A stretch of DNA of 63,506 nucleotides, the filler included, from Syncephalis fuscata S228 (lineage: Eukaryota; Fungi; Zoopagomycota), in the NCBI GenBank assembly GCA_025786725.1. It is 4 parts of 4 records of this genome, joined end to end, with 100 filler letters (N's around TTAATTAATTAA, not from the genome) between each part and the next. Parts side by side here need not be neighbours in the genome. Positions count along the whole stretch, not along the records: positions 13,036 to 36,146 come from JAHLTZ010000139.1; positions 36,247 to 52,767 come from JAHLTZ010000200.1; 2 more parts are not named here. The stretch is one strand, 5' to 3'. The notes beneath the pieces were generated by a model. That model worked only from the letters and a program-made list of their open reading frames with translations. It was not told the DNA's origin and did not search any database. A program made the translations under genes and the position numbers. Shown piece after piece: positions 27,352 through 42,047 of the stretch; position 1 is the first letter of the stretch; every line of letters starts with the position of its first letter.

Positions 27352-30300
27352 ATGCCGCCAGCTAATTCGGTGAGTTCCTAAAGTGGCATGTTATACAAAA
27401 ACACGGCATCAATGGATTACTTTTACTGATCATCACGCACGCACACACACCCGTACCTTTCTACTACTTCTTTTACTTTTTTGTTATCAACGTATAGACA
27501 CTCGTTACCAACGATTCTTTTTGTAGCTCCTCCTCCTCTTGTTGTTGCTGTTCTATCCATAACCGCGACAATATCGGCGTATCTTGTCAAAGCCATCCTG
27601 CTATAGCTGCATCTGCCGACCAACACACTGTGCAGCTATCTAGTACAGCACCGCCAAGCTGTAATCGCTCAACAACGGATACAGTCCCATCGATCTGCAA
27701 TTGTAACTCTAACGACGTAGAATTAACAGCTGCTGAACCATATCATTCTTTTGAACAACAACCGCATCTTATTGTCGTACCTGACAACATTGCTGATATA
27801 TCCAATTTAACCAACAACAATAACAACAACAACAGTCATCCTTCTCACACTACTCTTCCCGCTGCACACTCTAGTGGTCATAGGCTAAGTTATAGTGGCC
27901 GTGATAGTAGTGAACATAGTAGCATTGTGCCATATCACTCTAAATATCATTTGCATTTGCCTTTTCTACAACATCACTTTCAACTGCCCGATTCAGTACA
28001 GAATCTGACGATTTGTACAACCAATCATCATTCAATTCGTCATCGAGACAACTAGACGACACATCTCAGTTACCACCAAACGCGTCTCATCCTTATCGGG
28101 ATCGTTCTGGTGTATTTTCCGCTTCTACACAAACCGTAGACTATTCTCGTCGCGGTATACGCGGTAAAATCAGTGAGCTTGGCCTAAAGAAAGGACTTGA
28201 AACAGTGACCGCCAATTTGCGATCCCGACTCCGACGACCGTTATTTCAAGAACAGCAAGTATTTGATCACCAGATAGCTGTGCTGAAGCAAGTAATATGT
28301 CTCGTCCTTCTTCGTACATCTTGTCTACGCCAAATGAACAGAATATGAATACAAGCAATGCTGTGACACTGGCAAACAATGGCGACAAATTACCTGCCAA
28401 AAAAACCAGTCGCGTTAAAGCTATGTTTTCAAAGTTAAAGCCAAAGGGCCGGCGTGGACAAACGGCCGCGGCCACATCCAACACATTTAACGCTGGTCAT
28501 TCGGTACCTTCATTACACCATCCATACGCCCGCGCCAGTATGGCCTCTACGATTAGTGCTAGTGAATCAGATGTCGTCTGTATTCAAGATGATATAGATG
28601 GGCAAGGTCCATCGATGGCTGGTCCACCCACCATGACCGAGGACAATTTATCTGGTCGTCAACGCGATGCTACATTTTTGAAGCTAGCAATTCAAAGCTA
28701 TCCACTGGCGAACAGCACCGTGATGACAATCAAATGTCCAGTACATACACGCCTTCTTCTAAAAGTACTTCAACATCAGCCCATTCAGCAGTTGGTATTA
28801 GCTTGTCACCACCGGCTAATAAACTACGTGTGGCCATTCCTAATAGCTTTAAATTGAATGAAATCAATGCTGCCTCTGGCCTGCCATCGCCTATATCACC
28901 TGGCATTGATTTGCAACAACGTGAATTACATACAGCGGCCGATTCATTCGATTCAATGCCACCCGTTGTTGATCCAAATACTCATCTTCGCGTTCCTAAT
29001 ACGCAGTATTTGTCTATTAATAGCGATCAAGTATCGATAGCCCAATCTGAATCACCATTAAGGTCTGAATTCGCTACAAATGGCGATATTTATTCGGACG
29101 AGGACGATAACGACGACGAAGAAGCAATGTCATTGGCTGCTGCTGCTGCCGTTGCAGCTTCTGTTGTCGCTACGGCATCGACAGTTGTAGCTGCTGCTTG
29201 TGAACCTCTTCGTTCCAATGGCAGCGACAGCGATAACGACGTCTTTCCCGAATCTAGTAGTGCTACACCTAGCTATAAAGCTAGAGAACTGTATTTGGCA
29301 AATAGAAAAACTCCATTTGTTCAAATCAATGGAACTAATGTCGTCGGTGATACTTCTAGGCCACGTCCTATTGTTAATGCCGATCATCGTTCAGCCAACA
29401 ACAATGATTGGTCAAAGACTGTGCCTACTACTGCTACTGTCACTATTGCTACTACTACTATATCCGACAATGTTCGTCAGCCACCTACCGTTTTTACTTC
29501 GACATTAACACCTGGTTGCACTCCGCCAACATCAGTTGCTAATACACCACAATTAACGGTTCGTACTATGGCTCGGCCAGCCATTGAATCCGGCCTTAAT
29601 CGTTCATTGTTCGATGGCAATATTGGCCGTATTCTTGTATCCGAACATGTCCATGGCCGACTATTAGAACGTGGCGGTGCTTCTTTAGTCAAGTTACTTG
29701 ATGTACATGTTGTTTGGAGTGCTTCTCCTCCTTTCAATCCCAGCTTTGATATTATGTGGCCATTTTCATTCACCGGACAGCAAATTAACCAATATGGCGA
29801 TTTACCAAATGGAGATAATATTACTCCAGAATCACTACAAGAACTACGTGGCGATGCTACTATTGCACGTGTTATCCATGCCATGACACTGGAACGTGAC
29901 CGTCGTATGTTAGTGGCGGCACTATGTGTTCGTCAACGATTTGTTTCTACATATGACTTACTTCGTTTATTGGTACTGCGCTATCTTGAACCATTCTGCC
30001 AATTATCGACTGCAGAACAGCTTAACTCTGAAGATGATGACTGCCTTAGCGATGATAGCCAATATAGAAATGGTTCATTTGGCCAACGTTCTTTTGGTGG
30101 CCTATGTGAACCAGGTACTGGTATTGATGCAGTTCGTGTATTTGATACTTGGCTGCGTGACTTTCCTGATGACTTTGCAGGCAAATCTGCCAGCTCAGCC
30201 AATCAGTATAAGCCAGATATTATTCACTGTCATCAATTGGCCATTACTTGGATGGATTTGGTTTGCCAACTGGATGGCGTACGTGGAGCTGAAGTAGCCC

Positions 30301-32805
30301 AGACTGTTCAGGATCGTTTACGCAGCTGTTTTGCACCTGAAGGATCTACTACAGTGCATTCGCCTATGGCATCGCCTACTGAGCATAGCTCATCTAGCAA
30401 TCCATTGAAAGCGACCGAAGTAAGTGGCGATACACCCGCAGAAGATCGCCATGTACGCGATGCAAGTCGTATTTCGCTAGAGAATATACTCAACATTGCC
30501 CGACCGGCGTTAAGCGATATTTTCATGACCGAAAAAGGCAGTGCATGGCTAAAAGAACGCCAAAGCAACGAGCTAACAGCATTGCTAAACTTGAAGCCAC
30601 TGCCTTTAAACGTGATTGAAGCGACGACTCAAAATGAATGTGTATCGCCTGGTGGCACACAACGGACTTGTTACGAAGAAGATCCACAACTTGGTGAATA
30701 TCCATTTGATTATGCTGGTACCGATCTTAATCAAGAAGCAGCCAATAATGGCAACGATCCATTTGGTAGACCATGCAATAATAGTATAAACATCGATTTA
30801 TTCAAAACAAAGCATTTGACCGCATTGCCTGGTCAATTGTCTAGTCAAGCACTGTCACTCTTGTCGGAAAATACACTTATTTGGCCGTTTATTGCGTATT
30901 GCCCGCGTAATACGAGTCCACGTGCTTCTCGTGCCGTCACATTGCCTTCGGTGCTGGCTGATCTAGTTTGGACGCGTGAATCTGGCACGGATCGTTTGCA
31001 GAGATTTGTCGGTGCTGCGCCTTATCTGTTCCACGAGGACGACATTGCACGCACTATTGTACTTCTATATTTGGAAGCACTTTATATGCGTGATACAAGT
31101 GGCGCCGATACTACCATTGCTCGTCTACGTCTTGTCAATCTTACCCGCAAGTGGATCGAGCATAGATCACTTGGAAGCCATGCATGCTGTCTTGTAGACA
31201 CATTACTACGTGTTGTCGTTACACGTGATCCAGATACCGCGACATTTGCCTATCCAGTGTTAGACAAGCTGCACAAAAAGGCACAGCAGCAATGATCACT
31301 ACTAGCAATTATACTGGCGAAGCAGCTAACCAATCGTCACAGCAAACGACGAATACGGATACTGAGCAGTTGACTTCTATCTCAGCGAATGCCTAACGCC
31401 ACTTGAGCTTGGCGCATTTCCAATTAGAACTGCATCAGCACTGGCTTACCGATTATTACACGCGGATCCAGAACAATTGGCAGCCCGACTTGTACGATTG
31501 GACCATGCACAGTTTATTGCCATTCCATTGCGTGATCTCGTTCCACCTGCCAAAGGGCAGCCACGGCCAGTAGCTTTAGAGAAGCATGCACGCTGGTTTG
31601 ACGCTTTGGCCTACAATACTGCTGCTGCTATTTTGGCACCCGACAATATTGCCCATCGAGTCGATGTACTTGAACGAGTTATTGTCTTGGCCGGTGCATG
31701 TCTAAAACACCGTGCATTTAATGCTGCATTTGCATTAAGAGCTACATTATCACTTTCAGCCATTGAAAGGCTGCATTCGACATGGAACATGCTTCCAACA
31801 AGCGTAGTGCGTATTATGACGCAATTAGAACATAGCTGCAGTACAAGCGATAACTATGCCACCTATCGAACTGAACTTCGTCGTGCAGAAGGCAAAGCTA
31901 CTGTGCCATATATCGGCCTCTGTCTCAGCGATATGATGCGGCTCTATGAAGGCTCGCAAGTCATTCCTTCTACAGTAACGGCCACTGCTATTTCGCAGTC
32001 CAATTCATTGCATGGTCCTTCAAGTCCAACTAGTCCAGTCATGGCCAGAGGTGAAAGTGGCGATCGATTTGCCAATTCAAATACATTTAGCCGACGTCGT
32101 GCTAGCATTACCGAAAGTGTCAAGGCATGGATGGCCAGTAACTTAATTGTTGACTCGGACGAACCACGTCTTGAGCCAGCTCATATCGAGCCTAATACAA
32201 CCACAGCTACCACCGTTTCAACGCCTGTTCATGGCAAAGAAAACTCTGGTGAAGGCCCGATGATTCGCTGGCAGTATTGGAAACGTGTAGGCATTCAAGT
32301 TGAACGATTGCGTGGCTGGCAGCATATTAGCTATCGTAATTTAGGCGAAGCTACAACAGCACATAATAGCGTAGATCATAACGGCTCATGTCGTTGTATT
32401 GCTACGACACCTGCTGCAGCACCCGCTGTACCTGTTCGTCCACAGCGACAACGAGCCAATACAACGCCCAATGATTGTATTCGTGAAATTATGGCTGTAA
32501 ATCCGAATGCAGTAAGCGATGCTAAATCTTCTTCAGTTGTATCGTTGCCTCAACAACAACAACAACAGTCACAGCAACAACAAAATCGTTGCCGTGCTGG
32601 TACACTTCATTCTACTAACGTATCCAATACCAATGAACGTCATGCACCTACTGAATGGCGTTGGCGCTGGTTAACTGATTTATTATGTAATCCAGATCGA
32701 GCACCATCTCAAGAACAACTCTATGCACGTTCACAGATTGTTGAACCCGTCATAAGACGAGAATCAGCCGGCAGTGTTCTGGCCAGTATCTTACCTATGA
32801 CTTAG
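27352..32805 (+). CDS. Large RasGEF (CDC25-domain) protein, broken by several apparent frameshifts
   Basis: Micro-exon ATG 27352-27369, GT-AG intron 27370-27497, then overlapping same-strand ORFs. C-terminal CDC25 motifs: FNAAFALRATLSLSAIERLHSTW, NYATYR, VPYIGLCLSDM. Confidence 0.8.
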
Positions 32806-33495
32806 TGATGCATTGTGAATTCTGATATTATCTTTTCTTTTTCTTCTCATTTATATTATTTGTTCTTTCTATGATGAATATTTTGCTGAATTAAATAAAT
32901 TCATCCACGAAATAGTTACTACTAATGAAGCTGGCCAACTATAATTTATTATACTTTATAATTGTCGTTGTAAAATAAAATTATTTTAAAACAACTATTT
33001 AATGCCATTATTTTATTGAATAAAGGGTGATCGTTTCAAATTATGTAAGCATAGTCTAGCATGGATCACGGCAACTATAATAGCTAATGACCAGCATAGA
33101 AAAAGAAAAAGCTTCATATTTGCACGATGATAATAGTGGTAACAATAAAGAAAAAACTATTCGGTACGGTATAAAGACCGGTTGCTTGGTCGTATAGAGA
33201 TCATTGTAGAATATTTAGGTGTAATAACGCACAAAAGGGCATGCTCAAAAACGTTTTCTTTTCTTTTTAAAGTAATAATGTAAAGTAAATCAATGAAATA
33301 AACGATTTCCAATAAGGGAATCATGAACCAACTTAATAAAAATAGTCAGCCCAATGCAAACACATTATTTTATGTGTTGGCCATGCAAGAAATGTTTAAA
33401 AATAAGCAAAATTGGACTGATTTATGAATCAAGCAAGCAAAAAAAAGAACATAGGTAAATATATAGATAAACGTATCTATATAAATATACACGCA

Positions 33496-35462
33496 TTATT
33501 CGTCGCCATCTATTAATATAGCCATGTCCGCGGTATCAAGTGGCTTGTTAGATCTTGATTCATACGAATGGCTAGGACTGTGATCGCTATCAATTGGACT
33601 ATTTTTCTGCGAACGATCCTCTAGGCCAGAATGCATAAAATGTTGTTGCTGTTGTTTTAAAGAGTTATCGGGTGTGGCCGAGCAGTGGCGTATTGGTGAA
33701 TTGGATGCACTTTTATTACCAATACAGCGTACTTGACCATGGTTAATTTGCTCCAATTGTGCATAGGCCAGACCATTGGATGTTGTATCGATTACATTTT
33801 GATGTGCAATATCAATAAATATGATAACACCATGTCGCAAATGAATAGAAGCAGGCTCATCCAGCTGTGAAGCCAGTAATAAAACGTGCTTTTTTGTCTG
33901 TGGATGAGTACGAGCAATAACAAATCGTTGTGGCAATACACTGCCAAATAGCTTTTAATATAATAATATTAAGCATTATTATAAATACGGCAACAATAGT
34001 AATAATCATTATTATTAAACAACCAACTAATAGACTATTACTTACCTCGATGCAAGACTGAACTACAGAAATAGTATTTGTATGACTTGGAATAGGAAAT
34101 GCACCAATAACATCATCGTCTTGACTCATGACCAATAAATCTAATAGTATTCAATAATAGTATTCAATATACTATTTGTTATACTATTCATTCAGCTTAC
34201 CAATATCCGAGTAGGAGAATGATGTATCTTTTAGGAATCATTAGTATCAATTAAAATATTTATTAAATGGTTATAATAACTTACCACTTTGAGATGGCCT
34301 TTGACTGAACTGTTCAGTCGATTCAGTACGTGCACGCTTTGATTTTGATGAGAATGGTGAAGCAATAGACATTGAATCATCAGCATTTTCACTGTGGCTG
34401 TTCAGAACTTGTGACGGTAATGGGTTACTATCGTTTGAAGACATAAGAATAGCTTCAGGTGCTGCAGTTGAAGAGGGTAGCGATGACATTACATTGACAG
34501 GGAAATTAGGACCAGAGCCTGAACCTGTTGAATAGGCAGCACGATCATTAACTGGCGACGAGCTATGTCCTGTTTGACGCGTATCAGATAGCCAAGCAGA
34601 GCCAGGTGTATCCGACATCGAACGTTTCTTCTCCTTAACGGCCAATTGACGAATACGTTTATTATTGTTATTGATCCAATTCTAATGAATAGCATTAACG
34701 ACAATATCGTCATATTAGCTACTAATTATCAATTACCTTGACTCGATCATAGCTAATATTCAATTGGTTTGCTGCGGCTTGAATTTCTAAATGACAGCTG
34801 GTGCGTGTGACACCGCTCGAATACAATTGACGCAAAAAGGTCAATTGCTCGGGCGTGAAATTCTCCCGGGCTTTAGTCACGCCACCATGATCGGTGTAAG
34901 TAGGTCTGAAATCAGCAGTGGACGCAGGATACTTACACCGTCGTGATTGTTGATCCGGTGACTGCGCCGATGGCACATCTTGCGACAACAGTCCCGATGC
35001 AGCCCATGGAACAGTGGCCGGTGTACTTGGCTCCGACGATGGCGCATGTTTACTTGGTGAATACGGCGATGCATCAACAGATAATGGCCCAGTCTTCATG
35101 GACGTGTTATTAAAGCCGACCGAAGATGGAAAGGGCCGATTGGTATGATTAGGGGTAATCTCCGTCACCATATCTTCACTGTGCAGCAATTGTTGGTGTT
35201 GTTGTTGCTCTGGCGTCTCCTCGTGCGTGTGGATCTGCGTCGACAAACGCTGCGAATAGCTTTTAGCCTCAGTATGATTATGGGCCATATTGGCCATTAT
35301 GGGCAAATGTGTAGCTCTTAGTGGAGCTGAATCGTTTGATACCAGTGTAACTGCAGTTGTTGACTCGGCCGTAGGTGTTGGTAGAAAGGTGGGCCCAGTT
35401 TCTGATGGCTTGGAATAATCAATGTTAACGGAAGAATTGAAAAATGAATGGTTTGATTGCAT
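33496..35462 (-). CDS. Homeodomain-like transcription factor, spliced
   Basis: ARENFTPEQLTFLRQLY...AAANQLNISYDRVK|NWINNNNKRIR (helix 3 joined across an intron), flanked by S/P-rich low-complexity regions. Confidence 0.7.
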
Positions 35463-36146
35463 TTTAATCACAACTTAATACAAATGATTAAATATCATTT
35501 GACAATTGATCAGTAAAATAAACACGGCTACCCTCGGGGTAAACAGCTGGCAATCAATTTAGTGCTAATGCTCAAACAGGGATAGCTAAGAAAGTCTAGT
35601 AAATATGTTTCCTATACTAAATGGGATGATAATGATGGGTGACACAACAGATTAGTAAAAAGTCGATCTCGCATTTACGTCATTTACATCACCAACTATA
35701 AATTAGTGTTCAAAAGAGCCAGTAGCAAATAAAAAAAGGCTAAACATTAGATTATTAGTTACGATGAATAATCGATGGCTTTACATACTTATAAATGGAT
35801 ACAAAGGTTAGATAACGCTCCGAATACTTAATAGCCGGGACAGAAGGTCAATAAGCAACAATGGCTAATTGGAGCGTTTATCAAATTGGGAATGGAGTGA
35901 AAAGCGCGTAAATGAAAGTAAAGGTTATGGAAAGAAGACAGTGCAGAAATGAGGCCGATTGCGCTACTTATAAACTGAAATACATTGCATAAATACGAAT
36001 ATGTCTGTCACTTGAGTGACTAATGCTAACAGCCGGTGTGTGCAGGAGCACAGCTCGGTCTTACCGCCTCAAAACAGGGTGCAGCAATAATCGAGCTGTG
36101 GCGCTAACCGAATATTCTCAATATAGTGGGGCGTGTGTACCAGCAC

Positions 36147-36246
36147 NNNNNNNNNNNNNNNNNNNNNNNNNNNNNNNNNNNNNNNNNNNNTTAATTAATT
36201 AANNNNNNNNNNNNNNNNNNNNNNNNNNNNNNNNNNNNNNNNNNNN
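36147..36246. other. Artificial contig linker
   Basis: N44-TTAATTAATTAA-N44. Confidence 0.98.
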
Positions 36247-36977
36247 GGCGACATTATTAAAGTTCGAGGTAAGTAATAAGGGAATAAATGGCTTTTATTT
36301 AACTATAGTAAATAGCCGGTTATATGCGTAACTTTCTATTCGCTATGGTAAAGCAAAATACATACCACACGAACGCGTTATTCTTCCATTGCCGATAAAA
36401 AAGCTATGCTAGAAGAGAATGCAGTTAAGCAACAACAGCAACAAGCATTATTAGAACAGCAGACAAGCATTTCAATGATGGTAAGTCGCAATAGCAACAA
36501 ACTTAAAGAAATGAATGACTACGATGTGTAATCTATAAACAATACCATTATATTTACTTATATATATGCACTGTGTCTGTTATAGGAACAAGAACGCACG
36601 ACACAAGTGCTACGACAACGCTTGGAACAATTACGACGATTATCACCATTGAAATTTACACGTAAGGCACGTGGAGCCGCTCCATCAGCCGGTACACCAG
36701 ATCGACGAGCCATTTTCGGCTCAGTAAGCATTGATGATGTATTGCTACGTTTGCGTGAAGCACATCAGATTGCCGTTGAACGGCCTGGGTTAGTTTGGCA
36801 TCGACCGACGTCGATAGTGGCAGTAACGATCGTATTCGCCAGTTGGGCGGCGCACGTTTTGCTATACAAATACCTGGTGTGGGCACCACCACACTACGTG
36901 TTATGGTAGAAGCCGAACAAGAAGCTGGGGAAACTGAAACCAATGCCACAACGACAACTTCCGAGGAGACATCATAA
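36247..36977 (+). CDS. Mitochondrial ribosomal protein bL9, 5'-truncated
   Basis: GDIIKVR|AGYMRNFLF (L9 N-domain) and LKFTRK...IFGSVSIDDV...IRQLG (L9 C-domain). Frameshift near 36797. Confidence 0.8.
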
Positions 36978-37278
36978 GCAAACACTCATAAATAAGTAAA
37001 ATAGATGGCCATCCTCGTTAATAATACATAATATATATCTATATATCTATATAGTTGTCTTGGTTATTTCTATTTAACAATTATACAATAATATTGCCAC
37101 TACATATGTTCAGGTTGAACTCGTACAAATGAATATATTTAGATGGCAAAAAAGAATCAGTAAAATACGGCAAGTTCAACAGGAAAAACAAATGCAATAG
37201 AATGAACGAGCATCAGTCATCGGTCGTTGTATTGTTGTTGTTATTGTTGTTGTTATTGCTATTGTTATAATAGTAACT

Positions 37279-37311
<33 letters not shown>

Positions 37312-37466
37312 ATGGTTTGTTCTAAGCAGTTTCCCGCTATCGGCAATAATGGCATCAATACCATTTAAAGCCATATCATGGATGGTGTACAATGATTCAC
37401 ATATAATCATCAAATAGAACACGATCCTTTTACCCTGCACGCCTTGCTCTTCTTATTTGGCCTTTC

Positions 37467-38660
37467 CTAATTGGATCGGCTACCGTGTAGTGTACTTGTG
37501 TCTTTTCCATAGTTCTTCTTGCCAATGTTAAAGGGTACATACCGATATTTGATCATATGTCGGATTTGACGACGCATTGTAACGGCTGCCAAAAATACAA
37601 AGTAAATAAGAAGAATTGGCCAGAACACAGGAATGTCAAACACATCAAACAACGTGCACGCAAGAGCAATAACTGTCGCCCGTGTGGCCGATACCCTGCC
37701 ATTAGAACATATAATATAAGATAATATACAAATTGTTCATTAGCTACTCAACACTATATGAATACCATACGCCATAACTTACCAAAACTTGAATTCAGGC
37801 AATCGACGAATAAATGGACGGAATTCAGCATCGTTCCGTGTAGGCAGTACTGGCGTATTGTCAATCATAAGATCATCTTCACCCTCAGCCGTGCTTGTAA
37901 GAGCCGGATCAAACTTTGGCTGAAGAAATAGTAAGAATAAACTTAACAGATAAATACCAAGTGCATAGCAAATGATATACCATCCATGAGTTATGAAAAT
38001 ACGCAGCATAAATGTCACCAATAATAGACCAAAGACGCCCCATCGTACACTTGTGTGTGGTGTTGTAATATCTAGAAATGTTTGATACCGCTAATTATAT
38101 AAAATATTTGGTTAATATAAAATATTGTCATTAACATTATTAAGCCATCATAATGCTGTTTAAAGAACCGATAAGATCGTATTAATATTTTACCCCCAAC
38201 GCACCAATAATTGACACGTGATAATTAATAGTCGTGTTCAATGATCAGTAGCAGCATGCTTGTTATTGTTATTGCTATACTGATCTGTTACCATGCCACT
38301 CGTACACTTCCCACCTTGCACACACACAGACACACAAGGCCCACACATACAAGGCCCAATACACAAACACACACGCCCACAACATATATCTATATATGTA
38401 TATGTATATACGTATATACGTTTACATGCATAGACATGCACATAAGACCGTTAAATAAAAGTCAATACTATACACTCTATACTGCTCTGATGTATAACGT
38501 GTATTATAGCCTTTACTGAATGAATAATCATCGCTAGCATACTTACTCGGTCGAGGTAGTGTTTCCAGCGTAGAACATTGGAGACGGCCGTGTCAGGCGC
38601 ATCTACACCGGCACTTGTCATGCCAGCGCCGAAAGCAGCAGCCGAAGTGGAAGCAGACAT
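37467..38660 (-). CDS. RER1: Rer1 ER-retrieval receptor (3 coding exons)
   Basis: GWYIICYALGIYLLSLFLLFLQPKFDP, EFRPFIRRLPEFKFW, FDIPVFWPILLIYF and TMRRQIRHMIKYRYVPF. Confidence 0.96.
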
Positions 38661-40760
38661 GCTATAGATCAATAATGGGTCAATCGATGAATCGTCGCTG
38701 TACACGTTTGCCACTTACCTTTATAAAGGGATCAGCAGTGTAGAAAGTTAATGATTCTTAAAAGTAGCGAAAGCAGTAGTCGCCTTGTGATGTGTTTAGC
38801 AGTAGTGGATAGATAAAAGAAAGGAAGAAAGGAAGTCTGTGTGTAGTGTCGTTGGCAAGCGCTATTATTATACTGGTTGGTTGATTGGCTCCTATTTAAT
38901 GATAAAGCTTTTAGTTTGAGAATACCCTTATGAATTACAGGCACAATGCACATGCACACACATACCACGTGGATATAATGTTTATTGTTTATTGGTGGTG
39001 AAGTAGTGATCAAAAGGCAATAGCCCAATCGGTTGGGGCTGTGATCAAAGTGCCAGCAAAGAGGACTATGAAATAAAATAATTCTGAAGTGCGCCCACCT
39101 TGAGTGTCGCAGCAGTTGTGCCAATATGCCGGCTTTGATGTCATAGGATATAGCCAGGAATCCAAAGGATGGGTAAAAAGTGATGCAAAAAAGTTTATGA
39201 TCAGCATGGGTAAGTAGATCCTTATCTTTAAATTCAGTGAGCTTTTACTATAATGTTTTAGTTTGTATAAATGCTGTGTATATTTTCGATAATCATTGCA
39301 TCACAAGTCTATATTGCATTGCAGATAAACATTCCGCGTAAATAAAAAACAAATAAAATAATATTTAGTTGAGTATGCAATTCACACTGGATTGTATTTT
39401 TTCAATGATTATATTAGACTATAACATACCCACGATATCAGGATGGTAATAGTACAATATAAATCGCATTTAATTGTAAATAATTAGCTAAAGTACTAAA
39501 ACATAGAATAGAATTAGCTTTATAACTAAACAAGATGAATTAGATGCTATTTATAAAATAGTCGTTATGTATAGCAGTTTTATATGTAGACAAGAATAGA
39601 CTTGCATAGATCAAGTGACCATTGTATAAGCTTTTACAAAATAGTAATTCAAATGGTAAGATTGCCAAAATAGCGTATTTGATATAGTAAATGGTTTTGC
39701 ATTTGATACCATAGTATTGGGTTGAACAGTGCAATTACAATATTTACCAATAATAGTTAGAAATTGTTAGGTTTTATAATTTAGTATTATTACTTTAAAA
39801 GTTTATTAAGTTCTTATGACCATGTATAGCCATAGATAAAAAAGAATGCATCTTTTCCTGAATTTAATAAACCTTTAGTAAAACTATCGGCATAACTAAT
39901 GCAGCCTATATACTCTGATTTACTATGTCGTGTGTCTCAGTAAAAGTTATGCTATAAATTTCATGTATTTGATGAATAAATACAATGAAGCATTTTAAAT
40001 CTTTAGTATTATTGTTAAATCAGTAGCTGATACTTGTGTGCATATGCAATATATTTAAATAACGTGCATCTAGTGCCACCAAATCCACATAAAAGCATAA
40101 TACTTTGTTTTAGTATTGATGGATTAGCAATCAAAACTGGTCATACGGATTTTATGCTATTTTATCTGTCTAGCATTAGCTGGTTTTATTCTACATAATA
40201 TTCTGTATTCTGTGGTATAAGCTACAACACCACAACCTACGCAGTATTTTTAATATAAAACCTAACTAACTAAATGGCATGTTGGACAAAAGCACGCCAT
40301 GACAATGTTGGAGTATAGTCATTTAACAATCAATATTGTTTTGTGTAATGATTATACAAAGTCTTTTATTTTAATAATGCAAATATCAAATATAATCGGT
40401 TAAATTGGAAATATGAGTGATGATGTACTCTACTAACTTTGATAAACAATCAAGAGAACAATTCAGCAACAATATATATATATATATAGTAGCAATACTA
40501 AAAGCGGATTAAAGGCATAAATTTAAACTAACAGACTAATCAACGGATGTGCTGGTTGCTAAGAAAAACAATTATTAAGAATCCACAAATCTAATCTAAT
40601 GGTTTTATATTACTATTCTAATTAGATGATTCGTTTTGACTATTTAAACCATATTATAATTTATTGATTTAGTATAACCATTATTGTGCACATAGCAGTA
40701 AAAAAATAGTTGAACTAAATATAAATTATATGGATGTGGCATATTCGATTATAAGCCTTT

Positions 40761-42047
40761 TTAGCTAGTAGGGCCTTCAAATCCTCCTCGTTCATAACGC
40801 GGTAAAGTCTCCGATTCATTTATATTGTTTGATTGTTGTTCATAAGGTGGTGGAGCTACCAATCGATTTCCATTATTTGATGAGCCCACTTGATGATTAC
40901 GAACAACCGGAGCATTATTTCCGCGTAATGGAGATAAATAAGCTGGTGGTGCCACCACAGGATACCCATCGGTTGATAAAGCCATTTGACGATTACGGGC
41001 AATATTAGCCATATATATGCCGTATAAAGGACTAGAAATAGACGGATTATCTACCATTATTCCCAAGTTCCAGTATATATTTTTAATATAGCGTAGTGTT
41101 TCACCAAGTCCACCAGTAGCTTGAGTCTTCATATAAAACGCTGCTAATTTCTCCCATAGTATATTATTTATATTGTTAATTTCTTCACCATTTGCTCGAT
41201 CAGAAATGAGATTCTTTATAGAGCGCACACGATCAACGGTAGTAAATACTATGTGATTATTTGTGATACATGCATCTGACAATTATATTAGTATATTACT
41301 AGTGTAAACAATTAAAATGTAACTAACCACTTTCAATAGCTTCAGAAATTGTCCAATCTTTTGCCTTCATGTTGCGTATAACTATTCAATTATGCATTAA
41401 TAGCTTATTAGTATAAATAGTATTTACTTACTTGTTACAAGTTCTGAAAATAGAAATGATGCTGTTTGTCGGCTGAAAAAGCCATGATCTATACGATCAG
41501 CAAGTTTCCCTTCACATTCTGGCTTAACAATGAAATAACATTTATCTCCTTTCTTGGTGGGAAACAGCTTAATAGCATGATAGAATGGCTGTGACGGAGA
41601 AATATCTTGAGGAATGTTATGATTTCCCGTATACAGCGTCTATCAATAAAGTTATTATGTCAACAACTCAAACTAGCAATAAATTTACATACATCGTATA
41701 AATTAAAGGGAAAATAATTAGCAGCTTCCTTCTTTCTACATATAACTTCACCGGTAAGTATACGATTATTCTCTGCAAAATATTTTGCTTTCATCACATA
41801 TCCATTGCTATGTTCTGTTGGACGTGATTTGATGATAAGGCCCTTGTCACCAAATGCACCAGGTTGATTTAATTCATATTCACCAACTAGAGTTGTCGCT
41901 ATAATATAAAGGTTATTGGATTGATAGCAAATTTACTAAACTGTTACCTTTTTGTTTATTAAGTATGCGTGGCAATACAGCCATACTCTGGCCAACTGAT
42001 AGTAGTACCAGTAGCGGCAAAATAAGATTGATTCTAGCTAGCATCAT
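40761..42047 (-). CDS. Secreted, degenerate kinase-like protein with C-terminal PY motifs (candidate effector; 5 exons)
   Basis: Signal-peptide-like MMLARINLILPLLVLLSVGQSMA. Spliced frame includes PGAFGDKGLII, GEVIC, KCYFIVKPECEGKLADRI, ASFLFSELVTIIRNM, and the tail PPAY/PPPY/LPRY. Confidence 0.7.
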
